From NCBI GenBank assembly GCA_051532035.1, contig JAOPTW010000012.1, forward strand, positions 32,001 through 96,000: a stretch of DNA of 64,000 bases. Direction: 5' to 3'. Positions 29,194 to 38,598 of the stretch are shown in pieces. The notes under the pieces are model-generated. The model saw only the letters and a program-made list of their open reading frames with translations, did not search any database and was not told the origin of the DNA. Numbering within the stretch: position 1 is the first letter of the stretch; each line of letters opens with the position of its first letter. This stretch comes from Fibrobacterales bacterium (GTDB lineage Bacteria; Fibrobacterota; Fibrobacteria; Fibrobacterales; JAOPTW01). The position numbers and the translations under genes were made by a program.

Positions 29194-29264
29194 TGTGCCT
29201 CCAGTTAAGTATGTTTCTGGAGTAAAGGTACTCAGGTAACCCAATTGAATCTAACGGTGGTGGT

Positions 29265-30134
29265 TTAAAAAATACCGTTTTTAGCCATTTGTTTTGGGGT
29301 GATCCCAAACTCATCTTTAAATCGGGCAATAAAATTGGATAAATTGCGGTAGCCCACAGCGGTACAAATTTCACTGATGTTTTTTTCGGAATTGACAATC
29401 AAGGTACGTGCTTTGTGGAGCCTTTTCATACGGAGCCACTCTCCAGGCGGTTGATTATATATCGCCTTAAACTCCAACTTAAACGCTGTGAGACTTTTAC
29501 CTGCTAGTTTTGCATAGTCCGATACTTGCAGACCTGAGTGGTAGTGATTCTCCATAATTTCACGAATGTTAAATCCTTTGTTTTCTCGGGTTGTTAAGAG
29601 GAGCTGTACAAAGTCAGGATTGGTTGTGTCGTTACAGAGAGTATGGAGCAGTTCAGTTATTTTGAGGGGGAGAATAGCACTCACATCCATATCTGGTTGG
29701 TTTAGATAGGGGAGAATTGAGTGGAGAAACCCTTGGAGTGCGGGCGTCACTGTAATCTTAAAGCCAGAACGGGGTTCCGGTACATCCTTAAGGTTGGTTG
29801 TGTCTTTGAGCTGTTCAATGAAGGTGTTTATAAAGTGGGGTTGGATAAAAAAGACGAGACTCGAAAAATGCTGAGTGTTGTTGAGCACTTCCGCCATGCC
29901 ATAGACCCCACGATTGAGAAAAAAGGCATCTCCGGCCTTTGCGTGAATAGTCGTATCTTGAAGCGTAATAATCTTCTCTCCCTCTTGTATAATACAAAAG
30001 AGGTAGCATGAGAGACTAATGTCGAAGGTGGCTTTAAATGGAGCGTCTGTTCTACGGTACTGTACGACAGTACAACCTTCTAATTCGAGGGTGCCAAAAG
30101 ACGGTGGGTTGAAATACTCAGGGAGTTTAAACAT
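29265..30134 (-). CDS. AraC-family transcriptional regulator
   Basis: Double HTH: YAKLAGKSLTAFK...GYRNLSNFIARFKDEFGITPK. Confidence 0.9.
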   Translation of the reverse strand: MFKLPEYFNPPSFGTLELEGCTVVQYRRTDAPFKATFDISLSCYLFCIIQEGEKIITLQDTTIHAKAGDAFFLNRGVYGMAEVLNNTQHFSSLVFFIQPHFINTFIEQLKDTTNLKDVPEPRSGFKITVTPALQGFLHSILPYLNQPDMDVSAILPLKITELLHTLCNDTTNPDFVQLLLTTRENKGFNIREIMENHYHSGLQVSDYAKLAGKSLTAFKLEFKAIYNQPPGEWLRMKRLHKARTLIVNSEKNISEICTAVGYRNLSNFIARFKDEFGITPKQMAKNGIF

Positions 30135-30355
30135 TGGCTCTTTTTACTATCGAAGATTCGTTAAAAGTAGTCAATGATAGGTTGATAGAGTAGTGGTGAA
30201 GAATGTTTTTACTTAAACACCTTCTTAAACGAAAACATAGATGCCTACTGTTTTATGCCTATTGGTTCGATGCTGACTTAACTAAAATTATTTACAGAAC
30301 AATGAAAGTGAATTAATGGTACTCCACAATACATTTCAACATACAAAGGCATATA

Positions 30356-31264
30356 ATGATATTGAGTAAGATGATAATAACGGGATTAGTGGTGTTGTCG
30401 TGTTTATACACAAATGGTATGAGTCAAGAAACGGGTAAATATATAAGGCAAACAAGAACCTTGGGAGCCTTAACACTGCCCGAGGGTTTACCAATAGTAA
30501 AGGAAATCAAGTGGTGGAATGATCCAGCCCTCAGTACGAGTCATACCTTGATAATTTCTTCGGGTGGTGCAGAATATACAACGTATCTTGCAAAAAATAG
30601 ACTGACTCAAAAAATTGAATTTAAAAAGGATTGGTTAAAGTTTACGTATTACAAATTAACCAATTTGAGGTATCTCTATACTGATTTTTATGATGATGTA
30701 CGTTATTTTGCCAAAAGAGTCCGTGAAGAAAATATTCAAAAGTCAGTTTTTGCAGTTTCTACAGATCCTACATTTGACCTTACTAGTGGACTGGCTGATA
30801 GTGATATATTTCCTCTTAATGAGGATTTCTTTCATCCGAGTGCTTATACCCTTGCAAGTAGAATTAATTTTGCTGCAGGCAAAATGCCTGCTGATAGAAA
30901 AATTATCCTCGTGGGCAAAGGTATGGGGGGCTGTCAAATGATGAAGGCGGCTAATAAACTCCAGGGAACTCTCGATATAGATCAACTCATACTTGTTGAT
31001 GCATCGTGTACTTTGGATAAGCATGTATCAGAATATAAAAACATCAATTCAAATGTAAAAGAAGCCTTCTCGTTTTATCAGAGATCAAGGTTTCAGCTTC
31101 AAAGTGGATACCCCATATTACAAAATGGCCATCAGTTAAGAGAAAACACAGATGTGTCAAATGGTTTTTGTCCAAAGGTGAGTCATGCAGAGATAGATAC
31201 GTGTGAACCACTTCTCCATATCATGTCATATCTTTCTATGAGAATCATTCATGATGCTCCATAA
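30356..31264 (+). CDS. Secreted alpha/beta-hydrolase-like protein with degenerate nucleophile elbow
   Basis: IILVGKGMGG, LILVDA, HAEID; signal peptide. Confidence 0.55.
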   Translation: MILSKMIITGLVVLSCLYTNGMSQETGKYIRQTRTLGALTLPEGLPIVKEIKWWNDPALSTSHTLIISSGGAEYTTYLAKNRLTQKIEFKKDWLKFTYYKLTNLRYLYTDFYDDVRYFAKRVREENIQKSVFAVSTDPTFDLTSGLADSDIFPLNEDFFHPSAYTLASRINFAAGKMPADRKIILVGKGMGGCQMMKAANKLQGTLDIDQLILVDASCTLDKHVSEYKNINSNVKEAFSFYQRSRFQLQSGYPILQNGHQLRENTDVSNGFCPKVSHAEIDTCEPLLHIMSYLSMRIIHDAP

Positions 31265-31314
31265 TAGAAGCTTGATTACATAATGTAATAGAACTATTAA
31301 TAACATATCAATAC

Positions 31315-31352
31315 GCGAGCTCATTACTGGTGAGTAAATATACTGAGCTCGC
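31315..31352. other. Inverted repeat/hairpin downstream of CDS
   Basis: GCGAGCTCA...TGAGCTCGC; no clear T-tail. Confidence 0.4.
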
Positions 31353-31689
31353 ATACAAATTTGGTATACGAAACCCCCATAATCACCACTATTGGTCTAC
31401 GAAATAAAATCTGATTCAGGCAACATGTGATGCCTGTCACAGACAAAAATTTAAAAAATGAGTATAGGGAAACAGCAGAGTTGGATAATTATTGTAGAGT
31501 GATAGGGTGAAAACGTTCTTTTTAGCCCCTCAAGCCAGTTTTTATACCGCCTCATACCCGTTGGGGACCCCATGCACAACTTTGTAATTTTTTTGCTACT
31601 TTTCCGGACGTATGGGATACACCTGAACAACAGACGCACACATTACCTAGATGTTTGTTTGTCTGTTTCAGTATTTTGAGGATATTTTA

Positions 31690-34158
31690 ATGAAAAATTT
31701 TGCTTTCTTTGCGGGGATTTTATTCGTATCGCTATTACTCATGGTTTTTTCTGGATGTATTGGCTCAAATGATTCCGGTACGGTTTCAAGAGACTATAGT
31801 ATACGGGTTTCAAGTGAATTTCCTCTTGATAGTATTGTGTTTGATTATACTGTGGGTGATGTGGCATATCGTGCATCATATATTGGTTCTGGTTTTGTCC
31901 AAATCAAGACCGATACAAATTACGAAGTATCTCACACTATTATATTGAGTGGCCCTTCAGATAAGGCTGTAGTCCAAATGGAGTATATTGGCTATTCTCA
32001 AGGGTTTCCAGTCATTGGTATCTCTCGATCATTTGTACTTTCAGATAAAACTATTCCAGCCGTATCTATTACCAAATATCCTTTTATAGATGTACTTAAT
32101 GACTATGAATCGAGCACGTCTGAATTAACCAAGTCGGCACTCCTTGATTCATTGGTATTGGCCGCTGCAGTGACTGCATCTGATTCGGTTGCTCAAGTAA
32201 TTATTGCCACGTATGTAACTATGGATGGCGTTGTAGAAGAGACTTTCGTTACTCAGTTATATGATCTATTAGACGCAACCTACGATGCGAACATCGCACT
32301 GGAAATAGTAAAAGAGAGAGTGCCCGAAGGGATTAATGTGGAAGAAATTCTTGCAGAAGTTACTTCTTCGAGCCAAGCCTCTGGCGACCCAGACCCAATA
32401 GTTTCATCGAGTGAAGAGGTGCCGAGTGTATCTTCAGAGGTTACTCATACTTCTGAAAGCTCTTCTGCACCAGTATCGAGTAGTGTGGCACCATCTTCAT
32501 CTGTGACTTTATCAAGCAGTTCGGTTGTGTTATCAAGCTCTGAAGAGCTTTCCAGTAGTATTGCAGTCGAGTCAAGTTCTGTTGAGATCTATTCATCTGA
32601 AGAGGTGATTAAATATACCCTTACTATTGTATCTGAAGACGACAGTAAACTCACGGTTTCTCCTGCAAGTTATGAGGTTGATAATGTCGTGAGTACAGAA
32701 GTTGCTGTTACAGTAATGGGAGTGGGGGGCAACACCTTTAACGCTTGGGATATTTCAAGCAATTGTGCAATTAATCAGCAAATTCCTTTAATAGTGAGTT
32801 GTACGGGTGATGGAACCGTTACAGCTCTTTATGTTCCCATAGCAGTAGCCGATGTGAGCATTCAGGGAGGCCTGATCCACACACTTTCTCCAACTGACGA
32901 GACTTTAACGCTTGTAGCCGAATTGAGCCCTCAAAATGCAAGTAACCAAGAGGTGGACTGGAACTCACAAAACAATGCTGTAGCAACGGTAGATAGCGAA
33001 GGGGTGGTTACAGCTCGTGGTATTGGCTCCACAACAGTAACTGTTACGAGTAAAGATAATAATAGCTTATCATATAATACAGTAATCCGAGTAGCGTCAT
33101 TTGACGCTGTTTATAATAGCGGTGTGAGTAATGTGTTCTCAACAGCAACATTGGGTGATGGTACTTATGTTGTTGCGTATAGTACGGGGACATCAGGAAA
33201 TGAAAAAGGGGTGTTCGATTTGTATTCCCCAGAAGGGATACAGTTGGGAGGGAGCCATGAGTTTATAATTACAAAACCCTATGATATTAAGGTGACAAAG
33301 GCTTCTGAAGAGAGATTTGCTATTGTGTATCAGGCAGAGTATAATACGAACTCGATGCTAGAGACAACATTTAAGCTTTTTGAGAATGACGGAACATTTG
33401 TGTTAGAAAGATTTATCCGTGATGCCCCGTCTACTTTAATGCCTGTCTCTTCATTGGGTGATAATGGCTTTGTGGTTGGTCATTACTTTGAACAAAATGA
33501 CCCAGCCAAGGATGACGATAATCGGCTCTATTTTTATGATAAAAATGGAAATACACAAGTTGGTTTCTTTCCTTTTAGAAGTTATAATGGGGTGGCATAT
33601 GCTTTGGATGTATTGGAAAATGGCAACGTAGTTTTGGGGTGTGATGCTACTCCAACATCGTATGCTCGTAGTTTAAAAATTATTAATACTTATGATTTTG
33701 GTACAATAGATAAGGAAATTTGGTTACATGCAAAAGAAACGTATGGCTTGGATATTGCAACTCTCTCGACCGGAGACTTTGTGTTAGTTTATCATGCCGC
33801 CGATATAACGTACCCAACCATACGGCTGTTTAATATTGATGGTGATGAAATCGGAAGTGCACGAACAATAAATAACTCATCGTTAGTTGCAACTAATATT
33901 ACCGTCAAAGCTTTAAGTAATGGTAAGTTTGCTTTGTCATTTATTGACTCGGTTACTCAACAAGCATATTGGTCAGTAATCTATCAAAATATTGTAAATG
34001 TTCATGATAAAATATACTATGAAAAAATTTCTACAGACCAAATTACTAAGCTTTCTATGACGACTCTTGATAACGATAATGTTGTTTTTATGTATGATAC
34101 TCCAAATGAAAGTATCATGAAAATAATCAAGACGGACTATTATATACCGGGAGATTGA
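31690..34158 (+). CDS. Surface lipoprotein: N-domain, Ser-rich linker, Big_2 domain, beta-rich head
   Basis: Lipobox FSGC; PQNASNQEVDWNSQNNAVATVDSEGVVTARGIGSTTVTVTS. Confidence 0.8.
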   Translation: MKNFAFFAGILFVSLLLMVFSGCIGSNDSGTVSRDYSIRVSSEFPLDSIVFDYTVGDVAYRASYIGSGFVQIKTDTNYEVSHTIILSGPSDKAVVQMEYIGYSQGFPVIGISRSFVLSDKTIPAVSITKYPFIDVLNDYESSTSELTKSALLDSLVLAAAVTASDSVAQVIIATYVTMDGVVEETFVTQLYDLLDATYDANIALEIVKERVPEGINVEEILAEVTSSSQASGDPDPIVSSSEEVPSVSSEVTHTSESSSAPVSSSVAPSSSVTLSSSSVVLSSSEELSSSIAVESSSVEIYSSEEVIKYTLTIVSEDDSKLTVSPASYEVDNVVSTEVAVTVMGVGGNTFNAWDISSNCAINQQIPLIVSCTGDGTVTALYVPIAVADVSIQGGLIHTLSPTDETLTLVAELSPQNASNQEVDWNSQNNAVATVDSEGVVTARGIGSTTVTVTSKDNNSLSYNTVIRVASFDAVYNSGVSNVFSTATLGDGTYVVAYSTGTSGNEKGVFDLYSPEGIQLGGSHEFIITKPYDIKVTKASEERFAIVYQAEYNTNSMLETTFKLFENDGTFVLERFIRDAPSTLMPVSSLGDNGFVVGHYFEQNDPAKDDDNRLYFYDKNGNTQVGFFPFRSYNGVAYALDVLENGNVVLGCDATPTSYARSLKIINTYDFGTIDKEIWLHAKETYGLDIATLSTGDFVLVYHAADITYPTIRLFNIDGDEIGSARTINNSSLVATNITVKALSNGKFALSFIDSVTQQAYWSVIYQNIVNVHDKIYYEKISTDQITKLSMTTLDNDNVVFMYDTPNESIMKIIKTDYYIPGD

Positions 34159-34205
34159 GTACACTGAAATGGCTTTTATTTATTCATCTAGGTTCAACTA
34201 CAGTA

Positions 34206-34523
34206 TCAGTTCAGTTGATCTATCCATTGAGTAAATCTATAGTATAAGACATTGGCTGGGTCGTCAAAAGGCGGTTCTTTTTTATGAGGGCCCGCTGCCT
34301 TAAGGTTTTCGAGCACTTGGGTGGCGTCACCCAAATGAAGGTAGATGATCGCTCTATCAAAGTAATAGTCTAAGTTTTCTGCACAGACAATAGCCAGAAT
34401 ATCATAAATTTTAAGTGCGGCATACCAGTTATCCTCATTGTAGAGTTCTTCTGCTTCAAGCTCAAGGGCCTCCCAATAATCAAAATGGATGGTGTCGTCG
34501 TCAATGTACATTGGTATCCTCAA
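34206..34523 (-). CDS. Small TPR-like protein
   Basis: ALKIYD...YYFDRAIIYLHLGD...ENLKAA. Confidence 0.5.
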   Translation of the reverse strand: MRIPMYIDDDTIHFDYWEALELEAEELYNEDNWYAALKIYDILAIVCAENLDYYFDRAIIYLHLGDATQVLENLKAAGPHKKEPPFDDPANVLYYRFTQWIDQLN

Positions 34524-34598
34524 TAAACTATAATGTTGCCTATTAGACGATTCAAAAGTGAATGAGGTAACCTGTTGAGTGAAAAAGATTCAAATAGT

Positions 34599-36473
34599 CT
34601 AACGATCCAAAAAATCACCTTCATTAGGGAATGTCCCAAAATGAGCGGGTACATCACCGAAGTAGTCGTAGGTGAATAGGACGTATACCTTACCTTCACT
34701 TCCTGGACTCGTCATAAATTCTATGACATGGGTCAAACGTCCATCATCGTCATAATTATATTGCGCCTGTCCTTTCCACAGTAAGTCGTCGTCAAAGCTA
34801 TTGCGAAGGACTCGATTGGTGCCGTTATATTCATATATTTCCGCAATAAATTTCTCCCAGTATTGGGATTCACCTGTTTTGTGGGATACTTTATTGTCAG
34901 CAGTATAGTGATAGCGATACTCATAATCAGGATTATCAATATCACAGGCAACACTAATGAGCTCAGCGACAATGAGGGAATCATCGTTGCGGGTTACATA
35001 TTTACATTGTTTCTCTATTCCTGTTGAATCAAGAAGGTATTTACCCATGGTGTTATTGGTGTGGTCATAATAGATCGAGTTAGGATCCCAGGGAATCATG
35101 CAGTAGCGTTTCTCGATCATTTGACCACTGGTATTGTAGTCGTACTCATCCCAAAAATTAAGAGTGTCACCACCACAGGGGTCTGAATAGGTCTCTTTGC
35201 GGTTCAGCAAGCCATCACCATTATATTCATAGGTATAATAGTGCTGAAAGGTGGTGGTGCTTGTCTCAAAAACATGTTCAAAAGAGCGGGTTTCAATAAC
35301 GAGCCCTTCAGCATTAATAATCTTGTCTGTAATCCAAAGGCGTTCTCCTAAACTATGAGGCCCTTGCAGTGATGATCGTATAATACTATAGGTACCATCA
35401 TCGTACAAGTTAAAGGATTTGTCGGGGCAGATGTCACTATAGTCGGGCCACTTAGGTTTTTCAAGTTGTGGAATATGACCAATATCTTTAGGGTAGGTTT
35501 TTACCTTATAGACTTCATCAAAGGGGGCGGAGCTAGAGGATGATCGATCGGTCTCTTCATTTTCTGAACTACTTGTATCATCTAATGATTCCTCAGGTAT
35601 TTCGTTAGAAGAAGACGATGCAGTAACATCATTTGACAGGGGAGGCTGTTCACTACTTAAATCTACACTGCTCTGGTCATCACCTTCAGGAGTATCACTG
35701 CTGAGTGTCTCATCAATATCAGTAATAATGCTGCTGAGTACGGTGTCGACCGGTGTTCCATGGATACAGCGTATATGAGAGATGTACCCTTTGTTTCCCG
35801 ACCGCACTTCGAGTTTTTGATCGTTATCACTAATGTAAGTCCGGTAGGATGCGAGATCCCATGTGTTGTCTGCTACCCACCATGAGGTATAGCCTTTCTC
35901 ACGTGATTGTATTTGCCAGATTTCGGGGAGTGCCGCAAAATTAAAACTATCTTCGCCTTTTTCAAAATTCCAGCCCACTGTATATTTGATATGTTTTGCG
36001 ATTTCTGTAGAGTCAGGGTATCGGTCAAGGATAGTCTCTGCAAGAATAGTCCAATCACTCCGTGCCGGTATACGCCAGCCATCAGGGCAAATGCCTTGGT
36101 GATCATAGGGGTCTTCTATTGCTTTACGTTTATAGGCAGAAGAGTCGAGATCCATTGCGGTATGATAGGAATAGACCCGTCCAAATGAGGCACAGACCTC
36201 TTTGTCAAGATCGAAACAGACCACTTGGTTTTCTGTTGTATCATCGGGAGTTTTAAAGGCGAGGTTTTCGGCCATCCATCGTTGTTCACCAATGCGTACC
36301 CACGGATAACGAATACCATCTCTTTCGTCAGTAACGGTACCTGTATCACCAGAGAGATACACTTCTGTAGTTGCTTCATGGGAGCTTGAGGTGTCAAGTT
36401 CTTCAGAGTTTATGTTTTTATCGCATCCCATAGAGAGAAGCGATACAATAATTGTAATAATGGTGTATTTCAT
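34599..36473 (-). CDS. Lipoprotein with N-terminal FISUMP domain and C-terminal YD/RHS-like repeats
   Basis: Lipobox SMGC; DERDG..Y..VRIGEQRWMAENL, ICPDGWRIP, IRCI; YEYNGDG, YDYNTSG, YNYDDDGR repeats. Confidence 0.8.
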   Translation of the reverse strand: MKYTIITIIVSLLSMGCDKNINSEELDTSSSHEATTEVYLSGDTGTVTDERDGIRYPWVRIGEQRWMAENLAFKTPDDTTENQVVCFDLDKEVCASFGRVYSYHTAMDLDSSAYKRKAIEDPYDHQGICPDGWRIPARSDWTILAETILDRYPDSTEIAKHIKYTVGWNFEKGEDSFNFAALPEIWQIQSREKGYTSWWVADNTWDLASYRTYISDNDQKLEVRSGNKGYISHIRCIHGTPVDTVLSSIITDIDETLSSDTPEGDDQSSVDLSSEQPPLSNDVTASSSSNEIPEESLDDTSSSENEETDRSSSSSAPFDEVYKVKTYPKDIGHIPQLEKPKWPDYSDICPDKSFNLYDDGTYSIIRSSLQGPHSLGERLWITDKIINAEGLVIETRSFEHVFETSTTTFQHYYTYEYNGDGLLNRKETYSDPCGGDTLNFWDEYDYNTSGQMIEKRYCMIPWDPNSIYYDHTNNTMGKYLLDSTGIEKQCKYVTRNDDSLIVAELISVACDIDNPDYEYRYHYTADNKVSHKTGESQYWEKFIAEIYEYNGTNRVLRNSFDDDLLWKGQAQYNYDDDGRLTHVIEFMTSPGSEGKVYVLFTYDYFGDVPAHFGTFPNEGDFLDR

Positions 36474-36687
36474 AGGGCCACAGGTGTAGGGTAAAGTGGA
36501 TAGATCGGTGTCTCAATGGGTGAAATATAATAAAGTGGTGATAGATTGTAGTAGGCATGCTTTATTAGGGTCTGTAATTTAGTCAAAAATGGAGGATACT
36601 AGTACTCGGCGTGCTTACTTATAGGAAACATTATTAAGATCGAGACGCTTTACTACATTTATAACTCATTCAGCTTGGGGCACTCAT

Positions 36688-38433
36688 ATGAAAAGTATTA
36701 TTATGTATAGTTTGTGGATCGCACTTTGTTGTAGTGGGTGTAGTTCTCTGTTTGGGACTCAAGATTCTGAGTCTGCTGCACTCTCTCAAGAAGCTTTATC
36801 GAGTGCCGAGTATACAAATAATTCTGACACTGTCTTTTATTTACGCAATATCGAAGGGGGAGGTTCATTTGAAAGTGCCCCAGAATTGTCGTCGGACGAC
36901 GAGTACGGCAGCTCTGAACAGAGTCACGTTGGTGATGATGAACTCTATCTGTTTAATGGGACGTATCTCCCTGAATCAACAGAGTATGAGGAGATTTTTG
37001 TTGATAACTATAATTCGGTTTTCCAATCATTACGAGAATTGAATGATGATATTCTTCCTCAAGACTCTTTTAGAGCATTTTATTTTAACGGTACCTACGA
37101 CCACCCAAGAATATGGAGTAGAGTTGTTCAAAACCCATGGCGCTTTTATCGTGACAGCTTTTTTAATAATATTCACCCTAAGAAATTTAGTGCTTTTTAT
37201 GCAGGTCTCTTTACCTTTTCTGAGGAGGAGTTGTATCAATTTCATGTTGAACAAGGGAATGCTTTAGCACTTATTCGGATAGATGGAGAGGTCGTCTATG
37301 ATGGTTCAGTAGAAGATGATCCTTTTGTACATAGCTTTAAAGCAGGTACGCATAGAATTGAGTGTGAGATTCATATTGACACTGCCTACGGTGAAGGCTC
37401 TGTATTTGTTACAGAAGTGAGCACTGTTAATTATTTAATATGGTTTACCCCTATTCAAGAAAAAGTGTCAATGAGTACCATTCAAAAATTTCGTGCAGAG
37501 CATCCCAAGGCAAAGCTGTGGTATGTGGGTGCTACGCCCAATGAACGGTCTCGCAATAGAATTGAATTAGTTAATACACGACTCAATCAAGAGGCGATTA
37601 TATTCTTAACGAGTGCTAAAGAAGTAGAGTGGGATTTTAATTTTTCTCAGATGGATTATATTAAGGGGATTGTTGTTTCTAGTCATATGGGGCAACCTAC
37701 TGTGATAAATATTCCTGATGATATACCGATCTATTACATCGATGCATTTCCTTTACTCACTAATATGGAACAATTGTGTTTAAGTGAATATTGTCCCTCT
37801 AACCCATTTAAAAAGACTCTTATAGATATCGTGTCAGATTATAATTTAGTATTTCACTATTTTTGTGGATCCATAAGAGGAGAGCATGTTGAAATTCCAC
37901 GTACACAACTCAGTGGTGATGCCTATATAATAGAAGAGCAAGATACCCTAACCAGAATAACTGCCGAAGAAGTTGCCGCACGAAGAAAAGCAACTATTTA
38001 TATGGATTTGGATGACCCAGAGACCTTTGGAGATCGAATATATGACCCTGGGTATGGTGTGCCGACTGATAAATTTGAAAATTATTATTTCAATTATGCT
38101 ATTGAAAAAACAGGGCTTCTCACGAGATCGATGAGTGAAATTAAACTGGATCATAATTACTGGAATGACTATCAAGGGTTCCCTGTTGATCAGTTTGCTT
38201 CGTACTGGCGTCGAGATTATGAGTTCTTTTCCGATACCACTCTCTATCTGAGAGCTCAGCATACCAATGCTGATGTACGGATTCTTGTAGATAAAAAGGT
38301 GGTTTATAAAGAGTATGGGAATGGCCTTGGAGTGGTGCATTCTTTTAAACGGGGGCGCCATACTTTGGAGATTGAATATATTAATCGATCCGAGGAGTGT
38401 CAGTTTGAGTTTAAGCTTGAGTCTGTTGAGTAG
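36688..38433 (+). CDS. Lipoprotein with two PA14-like domains
   Basis: Lipobox CSGC; duplicated F..FYFN...HSFK.G.H..E.E modules. Confidence 0.6.
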   Translation: MKSIIMYSLWIALCCSGCSSLFGTQDSESAALSQEALSSAEYTNNSDTVFYLRNIEGGGSFESAPELSSDDEYGSSEQSHVGDDELYLFNGTYLPESTEYEEIFVDNYNSVFQSLRELNDDILPQDSFRAFYFNGTYDHPRIWSRVVQNPWRFYRDSFFNNIHPKKFSAFYAGLFTFSEEELYQFHVEQGNALALIRIDGEVVYDGSVEDDPFVHSFKAGTHRIECEIHIDTAYGEGSVFVTEVSTVNYLIWFTPIQEKVSMSTIQKFRAEHPKAKLWYVGATPNERSRNRIELVNTRLNQEAIIFLTSAKEVEWDFNFSQMDYIKGIVVSSHMGQPTVINIPDDIPIYYIDAFPLLTNMEQLCLSEYCPSNPFKKTLIDIVSDYNLVFHYFCGSIRGEHVEIPRTQLSGDAYIIEEQDTLTRITAEEVAARRKATIYMDLDDPETFGDRIYDPGYGVPTDKFENYYFNYAIEKTGLLTRSMSEIKLDHNYWNDYQGFPVDQFASYWRRDYEFFSDTTLYLRAQHTNADVRILVDKKVVYKEYGNGLGVVHSFKRGRHTLEIEYINRSEECQFEFKLESVE

Positions 38434-38598
38434 AATAAAGTACTGTGACTCTCCTGTCACAGAAACCCCCTTTAGTTTTTTGTAGAATTTTGTACACAAT
38501 AAGTGAACGGAATCTTCAGTTCAACACCCCCTAAATAGGGGAGATAACACTCTATTAGCTAGATTTCCCCTTTTACTATGCTTTTAAAAGGGGTTATT

